Source: an uncultured delta proteobacterium
GTDB taxonomy: Bacteria; Myxococcota_A; Polyangia; Polyangiales; B10-G4
Length of the DNA stretch: 64,000 nucleotides
Direction of reading: 5' to 3'
Assembly (NCBI GenBank): GCA_963727445.1
Contig: CAVSGI010000001.1
Location: 396-64,395 of the forward strand
Shown: positions 8,143 to 16,902 of the stretch, piece after piece
How positions within the stretch are numbered: the first letter of the stretch is position 1
Layout of the letters: each line of letters begins with the position of its first letter
Made by a program: the position numbers and the translations under genes
Notes under the pieces: generated by a model
What the model was told of the DNA's origin: nothing
The model's database searches: none
The model's input: the letters and a program-made list of their open reading frames with translations, nothing else

Positions 8143-11100
8143 TCAGCTCAAGGAGTTAGCCGCGGCTTCCCAGCGATGGTAGCCGAGCGCATCGCCGGCC
8201 TGGGCGGCCTTGTCGGCAGCAGAGCGATAGAGGGACAGCGCCTCCACCCGCTTGGTGCGGTGGTGCTCGATCACCCCGATCGTCCCCATCGAGAGGCTCT
8301 CCAGCGCAGGCGCGCCCGCCTTCTGGGCCAGCTCTCGCGCCTCTTCGGCCGCTTTGGTGGCGTCTTCCAGCTCGCCCAGGCGGACCAGCACCTCCGCCAG
8401 CTCCACCAAGGTGCGCGCCCGTCGCTCCGGCGACGCATCGACCTGCTTTTCGAGCTCGGAGGCCCGCCGGAAGGCGACGGAGGCGCCGGTCGGGTCGTTG
8501 TCTTCCCGCCGCACCAGCCCCATCGCCAATTGCACCCGCGCCTCGACGTCGTGGTTCTTCTGGCGCTCGGCGAGCTCGAGCGCCTGACCGAGAAGGCGCA
8601 CCGCGTCGCGGCGCCGATCGCGGCGGGAGGCGACCCTGCCGAGCGCCAGGAGCATCCGGGCGCGCTCGGCGCTCGCGGGCCCCACGAGATCGAGCGCCTC
8701 GCGCAAGACGCCATCGGCGCCGGCCACCTCGCCCGCGCGCTCCAGGGCTTCGCCCAGCTTGCGGCTGAACGTGACGATGGCGCCCTCGAGCATCAGATCG
8801 CCGGTCTCGAGCATCTCGCGCCGGCCGAGCTCGAGCGCGCGCCGAAACGCGAGGATCGCGGCGCTGGCGTCGTCCCGGCGAAGCGCGACGTCTCCCATGC
8901 GCTCGAGGAGCATCAGCGCGCTCATGGTCTCGCCCGCCCGATAGCCGTGGTTGGCGCGCACCTCGAGGGGCTCGTCAGCGTTGGTGGTGAGCTCGAGGGC
9001 GCGCGCGTGCAGATCGCGGCGCGCCTCGGCCGGGATGCCTCCCTCGACCAGATCGCGGATGAAGGGATGGGAGAAGACGAGGTCGCTGTCGTCGATGCGC
9101 AGGAAGCCCTGGCTGGTGACGTCTTCGAGGCCGGCCAGATCACTCTCCTCGACCAGCCCGCGCAAGTAGTCGAGGCTGCAGCGATCCCCCACGACCGACG
9201 CCGCTTGGAGCACGCGGCGCGCCGGGAGCGACAATCGGTCGAGGCGCTGCGCGATGGCGTCGGCGAGGCGAACGGGAAGCGAGTCGTCACCGATCTCACC
9301 GCCGCCGAGCGCCTGCACCTGCTCGAGGTAGAGCGGCAAGAGGCGTCGATGCGGCGCCACCTCCACGACCTCGCGCGGCTCCTCGGACTCGTGGAGGAAC
9401 GCGTCGGCGGTCGCCGGGTCCAGGCCCGAGATGTCGATGACCTGGACCTCCTCGCTCTTCTTGAGATCGCCCGAGTAACCGGCGGTGGCGAGAAGGGTCG
9501 AGGTATCGCCGAGGTGCTTCGGCAACTCGCGCAGGACGTCCTGGCTCAGGCCATCGAGCTGATTGAAGTCGTCGACGACGAGCATCACCCGCCCCGAGTC
9601 GGCGTTGCCCACGGCGATCTTCACCGCTGTGGAGAGCGCCACCGCCACCGCGCTCGATCGACCGCGGTCGTCGAAGCCCGTGAGCCCGACGGGGTTCGCC
9701 ACCTCCGAGATGCCTGCGCGCAAGAGCGGCTCCGAGAACACGCCGTTTGTGGATGCGAGGCGCGGCAGATCGCTCTCCTCCACGGAGAGGAGCGCCGCCA
9801 CCAGCTCGCGGATCGGTGCATAGGGCACCGGGGCGCGGGTCCAGTGCGGCCCGGCGCCCACCACCAGGTCTCCCGCCTCTTCGCCCTGATGGGCCAGCTC
9901 TTCGAGGAGGCGGGTCTTGCCGACGCCGGGCTCGCCGGCGAGGTGGATCCACACCAACCGTCCGTCCGCTTCCTGACGCAGACCGCCGAGGCGTTCCAGC
10001 TCCGCGCGTCGCCCGATCAACTGGCGGGTCGCCTGAGTGTCCCGGTAGTGCGAGGGCGTGAGCGGCCGCATCGGCTCGAGGTCGATGTCGAAAGCCTCGA
10101 CCGGGACCTCGACCTCTCGCTCGGTGCCGCCCAGCCGCGCGCCGCAGGAGCCACAGAAGCGCATGGTGGTGGGGTTGTCGGCACCGCAGCTGCCGCACGC
10201 GACGACCGCGGTCTGCGCCTTCTTGCGCGCGGCCTGCTCCACGGCCTCTTTGATGGCCTGGGCCATCTCGTCCGCCGTCTGGAAGCGATCGTCGGCGCGC
10301 TTGGCGAGCGCCTTCATGGTCACCTGCACCAGCGAGTCGGGGATCTCGCGGAGCGGCGCGGCTTCGGCGGGATTGGGCACCGGATCGTTGATGTGCCGCA
10401 GCACGACCTTGGTGGGGGTCTCGTCTTCGAAGGGCAGCTGATCGGTCAAGAGCTCGAAGAGCACGACACCGAGGGCGTAGAGGTCGCCGCGACCGTCGAC
10501 CGCATCACCGCGCCCCTGCTCTGGCGACATGTAATCCGGCGTTCCGCAGACGAGACCGGGCGAGGTGATGGAGGTGCTGCCCGCGCCGCTCACGATGGTG
10601 GCCAGACCGAAGTCCACGACCTTGACCAGATCGCCGCCGGATCGGAAGCGCTTGATGATGATGTTCTCGGGCTTGAGGTCGCGGTGAACGACGCCGAGCG
10701 CATGCGCTTCGCCCAGAGCGCCGAGCACGCCGACCAACGCATCGCGGATGCGGGTGAACGGCAGCGGCCCCTCTTCGTGGATCACCAGAGCGAGGTCCTT
10801 GCCCTGGAGGAACTCCATGACGAGGTAGAGGATCCCGTCGTCGGTGCGTCCGAAGTCGATGATGCTGACCGAGTTCGGATGGTTCAGGCGGCTCGACGCA
10901 CGGGCCTCGGTGTAGAAGCGCGCGACCGTCTGCTCGTCGCCGAGGAGGTGCGGGTGGATCACCTTCACCGCCACCGTGCGCCCGAGCGCGGTTTGCTCCG
11001 CGCGGTAGACGCGCCCCATGCCGCCGACGCCCACCAGCTCGTGGAGGGTGTAGGAGCCGCCGACGGTGCGGCCCACCAACGGGTCGTTTTGCGCGCTGGT

Positions 11101-11184
11101 GGAGGAGATCGACGACCCGCAGCGCGAGCAGAAGCTGTCGCTCTCGTTGCAGGGGGCGCCGCAGTGGTGACAGACTACGGCCAC
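8143..11184 (-). CDS. Multidomain Ser/Thr protein kinase: zinc ribbon, kinase domain, zinc ribbon, P-loop NTPase (STAND-like), TPR-like C-terminus
   Basis: N-terminal CHHCGAPC..CSRCG. Kinase motifs HRDLKPENIII, DFGLA, GTPDYMSPEQ. Second ribbon CGSCGADN..CGSCG. Walker A LAGEPGVGKTRLLEEL. Long helical C-terminus. GTG start at 11184. Confidence 0.95.
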   Translation of the reverse strand: MAVVCHHCGAPCNESDSFCSRCGSSISSTSAQNDPLVGRTVGGSYTLHELVGVGGMGRVYRAEQTALGRTVAVKVIHPHLLGDEQTVARFYTEARASSRLNHPNSVSIIDFGRTDDGILYLVMEFLQGKDLALVIHEEGPLPFTRIRDALVGVLGALGEAHALGVVHRDLKPENIIIKRFRSGGDLVKVVDFGLATIVSGAGSTSITSPGLVCGTPDYMSPEQGRGDAVDGRGDLYALGVVLFELLTDQLPFEDETPTKVVLRHINDPVPNPAEAAPLREIPDSLVQVTMKALAKRADDRFQTADEMAQAIKEAVEQAARKKAQTAVVACGSCGADNPTTMRFCGSCGARLGGTEREVEVPVEAFDIDLEPMRPLTPSHYRDTQATRQLIGRRAELERLGGLRQEADGRLVWIHLAGEPGVGKTRLLEELAHQGEEAGDLVVGAGPHWTRAPVPYAPIRELVAALLSVEESDLPRLASTNGVFSEPLLRAGISEVANPVGLTGFDDRGRSSAVAVALSTAVKIAVGNADSGRVMLVVDDFNQLDGLSQDVLRELPKHLGDTSTLLATAGYSGDLKKSEEVQVIDISGLDPATADAFLHESEEPREVVEVAPHRRLLPLYLEQVQALGGGEIGDDSLPVRLADAIAQRLDRLSLPARRVLQAASVVGDRCSLDYLRGLVEESDLAGLEDVTSQGFLRIDDSDLVFSHPFIRDLVEGGIPAEARRDLHARALELTTNADEPLEVRANHGYRAGETMSALMLLERMGDVALRRDDASAAILAFRRALELGRREMLETGDLMLEGAIVTFSRKLGEALERAGEVAGADGVLREALDLVGPASAERARMLLALGRVASRRDRRRDAVRLLGQALELAERQKNHDVEARVQLAMGLVRREDNDPTGASVAFRRASELEKQVDASPERRARTLVELAEVLVRLGELEDATKAAEEARELAQKAGAPALESLSMGTIGVIEHHRTKRVEALSLYRSAADKAAQAGDALGYHRWEAAANSLS

Positions 11185-11203
11185 GGTTGCGCGATCTTAG
11201 CTC

Positions 11204-11983
11204 ATGGTGGACCCCATCCAAAGCGCCAACGTTGGCCAGCCAACAGACCTGGCGCGCACCGCGCGGGTCGATTCGCTCCGCGTCACCGTTCTCGGGGTCA
11301 ACGCATGGGCGCTGCTGCTCTTGTTGCCCTGGCTGTTGGCGGCGCCCGCGGAGCCAACAACGGTTCTCTGGCTCTTCATCCCCCTCATCGCCCTCGGCGT
11401 CGGCACGCTCGCAATCTCTTCGCAGCGTCTTTTCGCCGCGTGGGTGCTCCTCGGGGTCTTCCCGGTCTTGTGCGCCTTCATCGTCGCCTTCATGCCTCAG
11501 CTCACCGAGCACCCCCCCCATGGGACGTTCAGCCACGCCCTCGGGGCGCTGGGGCTGGTCGCCTTCGGGGCCGGCGCCGCCATGGCGGTGGGTAGGCCCC
11601 TCGAGGTGCGGAGCGCGTCCCGCCGTCCTCTCGGCACGGTCGCGCCCGTCGAAGAGCGGTCCCAGCGACGCAGGGGCCGGCGGATCCTGGTCGCCATCAC
11701 CACCGCCGGCGCGTTCGCCATCGCGCTCTTCGCGCCCGCTGTCGGCGACCAGAGCGCGTACGTGCAGGCCTGGGGAGAGGCGAGCCGCGAGGCCGCCACG
11801 CTGAGCGCAGTGGTAGGCGGCGGCCTTTCGGCGAGCCTCCTCGCCCTTGTCATCGGCCCGGGCCTGCGCGCCAGCCGCGCGCGTGCGCCCGTCGCGCGTC
11901 AGGCCAACCGGCGAGCGCTGATGCTGCTCGGGCTCTTCGTGGTCGGTCTGGTGCTCTACGCCTTCTACGTCACCGCGCGCTGA
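11204..11983 (+). CDS. Hypothetical integral membrane protein
   Basis: Several hydrophobic spans (WALLLLLPWLLAA, LWLFIPLIALGVGTLAI, VLLGVFPVLCAFIVAF, LMLLGLFVVGLVLYAFY). The start is uncertain: only 19 nt separate it from the divergent kinase start. Confidence 0.5.
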   Translation: MVDPIQSANVGQPTDLARTARVDSLRVTVLGVNAWALLLLLPWLLAAPAEPTTVLWLFIPLIALGVGTLAISSQRLFAAWVLLGVFPVLCAFIVAFMPQLTEHPPHGTFSHALGALGLVAFGAGAAMAVGRPLEVRSASRRPLGTVAPVEERSQRRRGRRILVAITTAGAFAIALFAPAVGDQSAYVQAWGEASREAATLSAVVGGGLSASLLALVIGPGLRASRARAPVARQANRRALMLLGLFVVGLVLYAFYVTAR

Positions 11984-12038
11984 GCGCCGTCGTCAGCGGC
12001 CTTCGTCGAAGCGGCGCATCCCCTCGAGGAGCAGCCCC

Positions 12039-12614
12039 TCACTCGACATGGTGATGACGCGCTCCGCGGGACGGATTCGAAGGGTCGAGAGTGAACTCGC
12101 CGTCGTCCAGCACCAGCATCTCGTAGAAGGCTTCTTCGCCGCGGAGCTGACCGTAGGCGGCGTCCCAGATCATCCCCTCGCTGAAGAGGATGCGCCCCTC
12201 ACGGCCTCCGGCAGCGATGGAGAGCTGCCCGCTCTTGCGACCGTTCGACAGGATCTGCACCACGTCCGGCAGGGCCATCTCCGAGAGCGAGCCGCTCACG
12301 CCCCGGCCGCTCGCACCGCGCGCCTTGTTTCCGGTGCTCAGCACCTGACGGGTCTTGGCGGCGACGACGTCTCCCGAGGCGGGCTTGACGAGGTAGTCCG
12401 CCGCGCCGATCTCGAAGCCGCGCCGGACCGAGTCACGATCGCCCAGCCGGGTGATGAAGAGCACCGGAACCTCGGCGCCCTTGCCCCCCTGCCTGAGGCG
12501 GGTGACGAGCTCGAAGCCGTCGATGGGCTTGAGGTCGACCTCGGCGATGACCGCGTCGATGCCGCCCTTCTGCACACGCTCGTAGGCCTCGATGGCTCCG
12601 CGCGCGATCTCCAC
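12039..12614 (-). CDS. Response-regulator receiver plus DUF4388 (PATAN-like) domain. Probably the C-terminal part of a larger frame-broken gene.
   Basis: ...DAVIAEVDLKPIDGFELVTRLRQ..VPVLFITRL..GAADYLVKP is a REC domain. SLSEMALPDVVQILSNGRKSGQLSI...GEEAFYEML is DUF4388-like. The same frame stays open upstream to about 12845 (..LLSDCPTVLLVDPDAEETAVLELRLVEHGFD) with no start codon. Confidence 0.8.
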   Translation of the reverse strand: MEIARGAIEAYERVQKGGIDAVIAEVDLKPIDGFELVTRLRQGGKGAEVPVLFITRLGDRDSVRRGFEIGAADYLVKPASGDVVAAKTRQVLSTGNKARGASGRGVSGSLSEMALPDVVQILSNGRKSGQLSIAAGGREGRILFSEGMIWDAAYGQLRGEEAFYEMLVLDDGEFTLDPSNPSRGARHHHVE

Positions 12615-12723
12615 GTCGAAGCCGTGCTCGACCAGCCGGAGCTCGAGGACCGCCGTCTCCTCGGCATCGGGATCGACGAGCAGGACCGTCGGGCAATCGC
12701 TGAGCAGCCGGTTCTTGAGGTCG

Positions 12724-14220
12724 TCACCGAGGACGACGCTCTTGAGGATGTCGATGATGTTCCCGTCGAAGAACTTGTCGCGATGGCGCTCGAGAGCCGC
12801 GACCGCCTCCTTGGGCTCGAGGATCTTGCGGAACGGGTTCTTCGCGTGGGACGTCGAGATCGCAGTAGGTCTCGACGATGGCGAGGATGCGTGCCGGCAT
12901 CGGTACGTCCTTGCCGCTCAGGCGATCGGGGAACCCCTTACCGTCGGGGCGCTCGTAGAGATGATCGAGGGCCGCGGTGGTCGCCTCGACGAGCTTGACC
13001 GACTCGAAGAAACGCAGCGGAGCCTGGTGGGTCTTCTGCGCCTGGATGCGATGCCCCTCGTACTGCGCGACGTTGAGCGGCGTCAGGTGGTAGCTCGCGC
13101 CCTTGCCGATGTCGTGGATCTGGGCCGCGACCGTCAGGCCGAAGCTGTCCTCGTCGTTCAGCCCCATACGCTCGGCGAGGCGTTTGCAGAGACGCGCCAC
13201 CTGCGCCGAGTGTCCGCGGAGCTCGTTGCGGCTCTGCTCGAGGAGCGCGACCAGCACGTTGAGGGTGTCGAGATACTCGGCGTAGGAGACGCCTCGGACC
13301 ACCGCCGGCTCGGGCTCCGCTTTCGGCGTCGTCACGGGCGCGGAGGGGATCTCGACCGGCGATTGCGCGGCGGAGGAGGGTGGCGCAGCCGCCACGTCGG
13401 GCGCTTCGATGGTCAGCTGGGCCCGCTGTCGGCGGGCCGGCATCACCGGCTGGGCGGTGTCGGCGGGGCCGAGATCGATGGGGGGTGCGGACTTGCGCCG
13501 GCGCGCGGCGGGCGCCAGGGGCCGCTCTCCCGTACCCATCGAGGGGTCGGTCATGGGATCGGGCGCGCTGGCACCGGTGTTCTGGTAGTAGTCGACGCCG
13601 CCGTAGTTCTGCTGCCCGACGCCGAGGCTGCGACCCACGGAGGGGAAGCGCGCGGCCAGCTCTGCGAACGCCGTGCGGTGACCGTCGTAGTGCTTCTTGA
13701 CCAGCGCTTCGATGGTGGCGGGACGCGCGATGTACACCAGCACGTTCTTCACCTTGCTGACCATCTGGACCTGCTTGACGATGTCGTCCGCCACCGGATC
13801 GGCGGCGACCACCGACAAGGCGCCCTTGTCCGCGTCGTAGAGGATGGGAAAGATGGTCAGCTTCTCGGCGAGCTTCTTCGGGACCAGGCGCAGCACGGCG
13901 GGCGCCACCGAGAGCTTGGCCAGCTTGGGCGTCGTCACGAAGCGGGTACGGAAGATGTTCGCGAGGTACTGGAGCAGCTCCGCCTCGGTGATCGCCCCGA
14001 TCTCGATGATCGCGTCCTCGCAACGGCCCTCGATCTGCTGCGCGTGCAGAATCGCGCGCTGCTGCTGCGCCGGCTCGATCATCGCCTCTTGAACGAGGCG
14101 TTCGAGGAGCTTGGTTCCCGGTGGAACTCTCTGTCCCGGCGGCGGCGGACTCACGGTGGAGATAGTATCGCAGACCGCGACTGGCCTCGTGGTAGATTTC
14201 GCGCTCCGATGGACGGGCAC
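12724..14220 (-). CDS. Signalling protein with a GspE/MshE-N-like N-terminal domain and an HD-GYP phosphohydrolase domain. The 3' end is frame-shifted.
   Basis: KLLERLVQEAMIEPAQQQRAILHAQQ...IGAITEAELLQYLANIF..V..L is MshEN-like. HSAQVARL..AAQIHDIGK..HLTPLN..YERPDGKGFPDRLSGKDVPMPARILAIVETYCDL is HD-GYP, with GFP in place of GYP. The text after CDL is Arg/Pro junk. The real start is possibly the GTG at 14154. Confidence 0.8.
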   Translation of the reverse strand: MPVHRSAKSTTRPVAVCDTISTVSPPPPGQRVPPGTKLLERLVQEAMIEPAQQQRAILHAQQIEGRCEDAIIEIGAITEAELLQYLANIFRTRFVTTPKLAKLSVAPAVLRLVPKKLAEKLTIFPILYDADKGALSVVAADPVADDIVKQVQMVSKVKNVLVYIARPATIEALVKKHYDGHRTAFAELAARFPSVGRSLGVGQQNYGGVDYYQNTGASAPDPMTDPSMGTGERPLAPAARRRKSAPPIDLGPADTAQPVMPARRQRAQLTIEAPDVAAAPPSSAAQSPVEIPSAPVTTPKAEPEPAVVRGVSYAEYLDTLNVLVALLEQSRNELRGHSAQVARLCKRLAERMGLNDEDSFGLTVAAQIHDIGKGASYHLTPLNVAQYEGHRIQAQKTHQAPLRFFESVKLVEATTAALDHLYERPDGKGFPDRLSGKDVPMPARILAIVETYCDLDVPREEPVPQDPRAQGGGRGSRAPSRQVLRREHHRHPQERRPR

Positions 14221-14724
14221 CGGTGGAGAGCGTCGACCACTCTATTGGCCACGACTCTGGTCCTCGCCTCCGCTTGTGGAGGTGGTGGGAGCTATCGAGA
14301 CGGTGTCTTCACCGACGACGAAGCGCGCTTCGACATCGCGCACCCAGGCGCCGGGTGGCGACCGTTGGACGTTCAGGACAACGACCTCGCCTGGGACAAC
14401 GAGCGCCTCGGTGCCGTGATCCAAGCGAACGCGACCTGTGATCCGGACATGGACGTCCCGCTCTCCGCGCTCCGCAACCACCTGCTGATCGGCTGGACGG
14501 CGCGAGAAGTCCAGAGCGAGGAGCTGATCCAGCTCGATGGACGAGAGGCGCTACAGACGCATCTCCTCGCCAAGATCGACGGTGTCCCGCGCGAGCTCTT
14601 TCTCACCGTGATGAAGAAGGACGGCTGCGTCTACGACTTCGCCCTCGCGGCTCCGCCGGGAAACGGTTTCGCGAGCGCGCGCCCCGCCTACGATCAGATC
14701 GTGGCGAGCTTTCACACGCTCTGA
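14209..14724 (+). CDS. Hypothetical lipoprotein (171 aa)
   Basis: The in-frame ATG at 14209 inside track ORF 12592..14724 gives MDGHRWRASTTLLATTLVLASAC (lipobox) followed by normal composition. The ORF upstream of 14209 is an antisense shadow of the HD-GYP gene. Confidence 0.65.
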   Translation: MDGHRWRASTTLLATTLVLASACGGGGSYRDGVFTDDEARFDIAHPGAGWRPLDVQDNDLAWDNERLGAVIQANATCDPDMDVPLSALRNHLLIGWTAREVQSEELIQLDGREALQTHLLAKIDGVPRELFLTVMKKDGCVYDFALAAPPGNGFASARPAYDQIVASFHTL

Positions 14725-14729
14725 GCTTC

Positions 14730-14951
14730 TCAGTGCGCGACGCGGTCGCGACCCACCACCACGACCACCGGCGGACCCCGTGCGGCCGAGCTCCCAGCGC
14801 ATACGTTGGGACTGTCGCACATCCGGACGGTGCCGTTCGATGCGAGCGCTTCCTTCACCAGCGCGCCGCTGAGCACCTCGCGCTCGTAGGCGAAGAAGGC
14901 TTCGACGTCTTCGGCGTCGGGCGGGCTCAGGTCCCACCGCCCGGGTCCCAC
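14730..14951 (-). CDS. Hypothetical protein, probably the 3' part of a frame-broken gene
   Basis: GC3-rich frame. Coding-like sequence continues upstream across a frame break near 15066 (..AEAAVDVDALDAELVRLAGARSRLRLRVGRVAEALV / ..NVDTIEAWLARAERRTYKHLREEVEVAETL..). No family recognised. Confidence 0.3.
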   Translation of the reverse strand: MGPGRWDLSPPDAEDVEAFFAYEREVLSGALVKEALASNGTVRMCDSPNVCAGSSAARGPPVVVVVGRDRVAH

Positions 14952-15352
14952 CCGCGCCAGCGTCTCGGCGACCTCGACCTCCTCGCGCAGGTGCTTGTAC
15001 GTGCGTCGCTCCGCTCGCGCGAGCCACGCCTCGATGGTGTCGACGTTCGCGACCCGCGCTACCGCCCGCGGTGGCGAACCAGCGCCTCGGCGACGCGGCC
15101 GACCCGAAGGCGCAGCCGACTCCGCGCGCCCGCGAGGCGCACGAGCTCCGCGTCCAACGCGTCCACGTCGACGGCCGCTTCGGCGCTCTGTCTCAGAAGC
15201 CCCACGACGAAGTTCCCCCAGCTTGGAAAAGAGCTTGCCGCCTCAGGTCCAACCCATGCTCGCGAAGGCTGGTCTTTCCCGTCGTCGCTCTCGATATGTC
15301 ACCCCCGAGGGGTGACGCGCTGGTCGTTGTTCGCGATCACGTGACGTGGTCC

Positions 15353-16879
15353 TCAGATGAACTCGACGCCCTGCGCCAGGGGCAGCTCGCCGCCCCAGTT
15401 CACGGTGCAGGTCTGACGGCGCATGTAGGCCTTCCAGGCGTCGGAGCCGCTCTCGCGACCTCCGCCGGTCTCCTTTTCGCCGCCGAAGGCGCCGCCGATC
15501 TCGGCGCCGCTGGTGCCGATGTTCACGTTGGCGATGCCGCAATCGGAGCCGATGGCCGAGAGGAAGCGCTCGGCGGAGCGCATGGACTCGGTGAAGATCG
15601 CGCTCGACAGCCCTTGCGGCACGGCGTTCTGCGCGGCGATGGCTTCGTCGAGACCGTCGACTTCGAAGACGTAGAGGATGGGCGCGAAGGTCTCCTCCCA
15701 CGCGATGGGGAAGTCCTCCTGACGAGGCGCCTGGACGATGGTGGGCTTCACGAAGAAGCCCGCGCCCTCCACCTTGGCACCGCCGGTGAGGACGGTGCCG
15801 CCCTGGGCCTTCGCCTTTTCGATGGCCGCCTCGTAGGCGCTGACCGCCCGCGCGCTCGAGAGCGGCCCCATGAGGGTGCCCTCCGACAGAGGATTGCCGA
15901 TGGAGACCGACTCGTACGCCGCCACCAGGCGCTCGCGCAGCTGCGCCGCGACGCCCTTCTGCGCGAAGATCCGGCGGGTGCTGGTGCAGCGCTGACCCGC
16001 GGTGCCCACAGCGCCGAAGGTGATGGCGCGCACGGCGAGGTCGATGTCGGCGTCGTCGAGCACCACGATCGCGTTGTTGCCGCCGAGCTCGAGGAGGCTC
16101 CGCCCGAGACGGCTCGCCACTCGGGACGCGACCTGCTTGCCGACGGGAATCGAGCCCGTGAAGGAGACGAGCGGAAGCGCGGGGTCGTCGGCGATCAGAG
16201 CGCCGAGCTCGGCGCCGCCGAGGACGAGAGAGAAGACGCCCGAAAGACCGTGGGCCTTCTCCACTTCGCGGCAGATCGCGTGCACCGCCAGGCTGACGAG
16301 CGGCGTGGTCGGCGAGGGCTTCCACACGCAGGTGTCACCGCAGACGGCGGCGAGGGCCGCGTTCCAGGACCACACGGCGACAGGGAAGTTGAAGGCGGTG
16401 ATCATCCCGACCGGTCCGAGGGGATGCCACTGCTCCATCATCCGGTGGCGGGGACGCTCGGAGGCGATGGTCAGTCCGTAGAGCTGACGGCTCAGTCCGA
16501 CGGCGAAGTCGCAGATGTCGATCATCTCCTGGACCTCGCCGTGCCCCTCGGAGCGGATCTTCCCCATCTCGAGGCTCACCAGATCTCCGAGCGCTTCCTT
16601 CGACTCCCGAAGGCGCTCACCGAGATCGCGCACCATCTCGCCGCGCTTCGGGGCCGGGACCATGCGGAAGGTCTCGAAGGCGCGCTGCGACGCCGCCACC
16701 ACCGCGCGGTATTCCGCCTCGGTGTGGGTCGGCACCGAAGCCAGCGGCTCGCCCGTCGTGGGGTCGGTGCTGGCCACGGCTCGGCCGCTCGCGCCCAGCC
16801 ACTCGGGCCGCGCGATGCCGTCTTGATCGATCTCGATGCCGAAACGGCCGAGGAGCTGCTGAGTCTTCGCCTGCGTCAT
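15353..16879 (-). CDS. NAD-dependent aldehyde dehydrogenase, ALDH7 / piperideine-6-carboxylate (aminoadipate-semialdehyde) dehydrogenase-like
   Basis: 508 aa. EMGKIRSEGHGEVQEMIDICDFAVGLSRQLYG, ITAFNFPVAVWSWNAALA, LELGGNNA and GTAGQRCT (catalytic Cys) match the ALDH7 (antiquitin) subgroup. Confidence 0.93.
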   Translation of the reverse strand: MTQAKTQQLLGRFGIEIDQDGIARPEWLGASGRAVASTDPTTGEPLASVPTHTEAEYRAVVAASQRAFETFRMVPAPKRGEMVRDLGERLRESKEALGDLVSLEMGKIRSEGHGEVQEMIDICDFAVGLSRQLYGLTIASERPRHRMMEQWHPLGPVGMITAFNFPVAVWSWNAALAAVCGDTCVWKPSPTTPLVSLAVHAICREVEKAHGLSGVFSLVLGGAELGALIADDPALPLVSFTGSIPVGKQVASRVASRLGRSLLELGGNNAIVVLDDADIDLAVRAITFGAVGTAGQRCTSTRRIFAQKGVAAQLRERLVAAYESVSIGNPLSEGTLMGPLSSARAVSAYEAAIEKAKAQGGTVLTGGAKVEGAGFFVKPTIVQAPRQEDFPIAWEETFAPILYVFEVDGLDEAIAAQNAVPQGLSSAIFTESMRSAERFLSAIGSDCGIANVNIGTSGAEIGGAFGGEKETGGGRESGSDAWKAYMRRQTCTVNWGGELPLAQGVEFI

Positions 16880-16887
16880 GGGCGCGG

Positions 16888-16895
16888 AGTATAAG
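16888..16895. promoter_or_regulatory. Candidate shared -10 region for two divergent, near-leaderless genes
   Basis: The 23-nt intergenic region is gggcgcggAGTATAAGaggcgac. TATAAG (16890-16895) ends 7 nt before the E1 GTG at 16903. The complement TATACT (16893-16888) ends 8 nt before the ALDH ATG at 16879. Confidence 0.3.
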
Positions 16896-16902
16896 AGGCG
16901 AC

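Noticed and set aside
8113-11595. 1160-aa ORF on the + strand
   Set aside because: It is antisense to the well-supported kinase gene. The translation is Arg/Ala/Gly/Leu-rich with no motifs, which is the typical long shadow ORF of roughly 70% GC DNA.
12592-14208. The 5' 540 codons of track ORF 12592..14724 (+)
   Set aside because: It is antisense to the HD-GYP gene and has junk composition. Only the last 171 codons, from the ATG at 14209 with a lipoprotein signal, look real.
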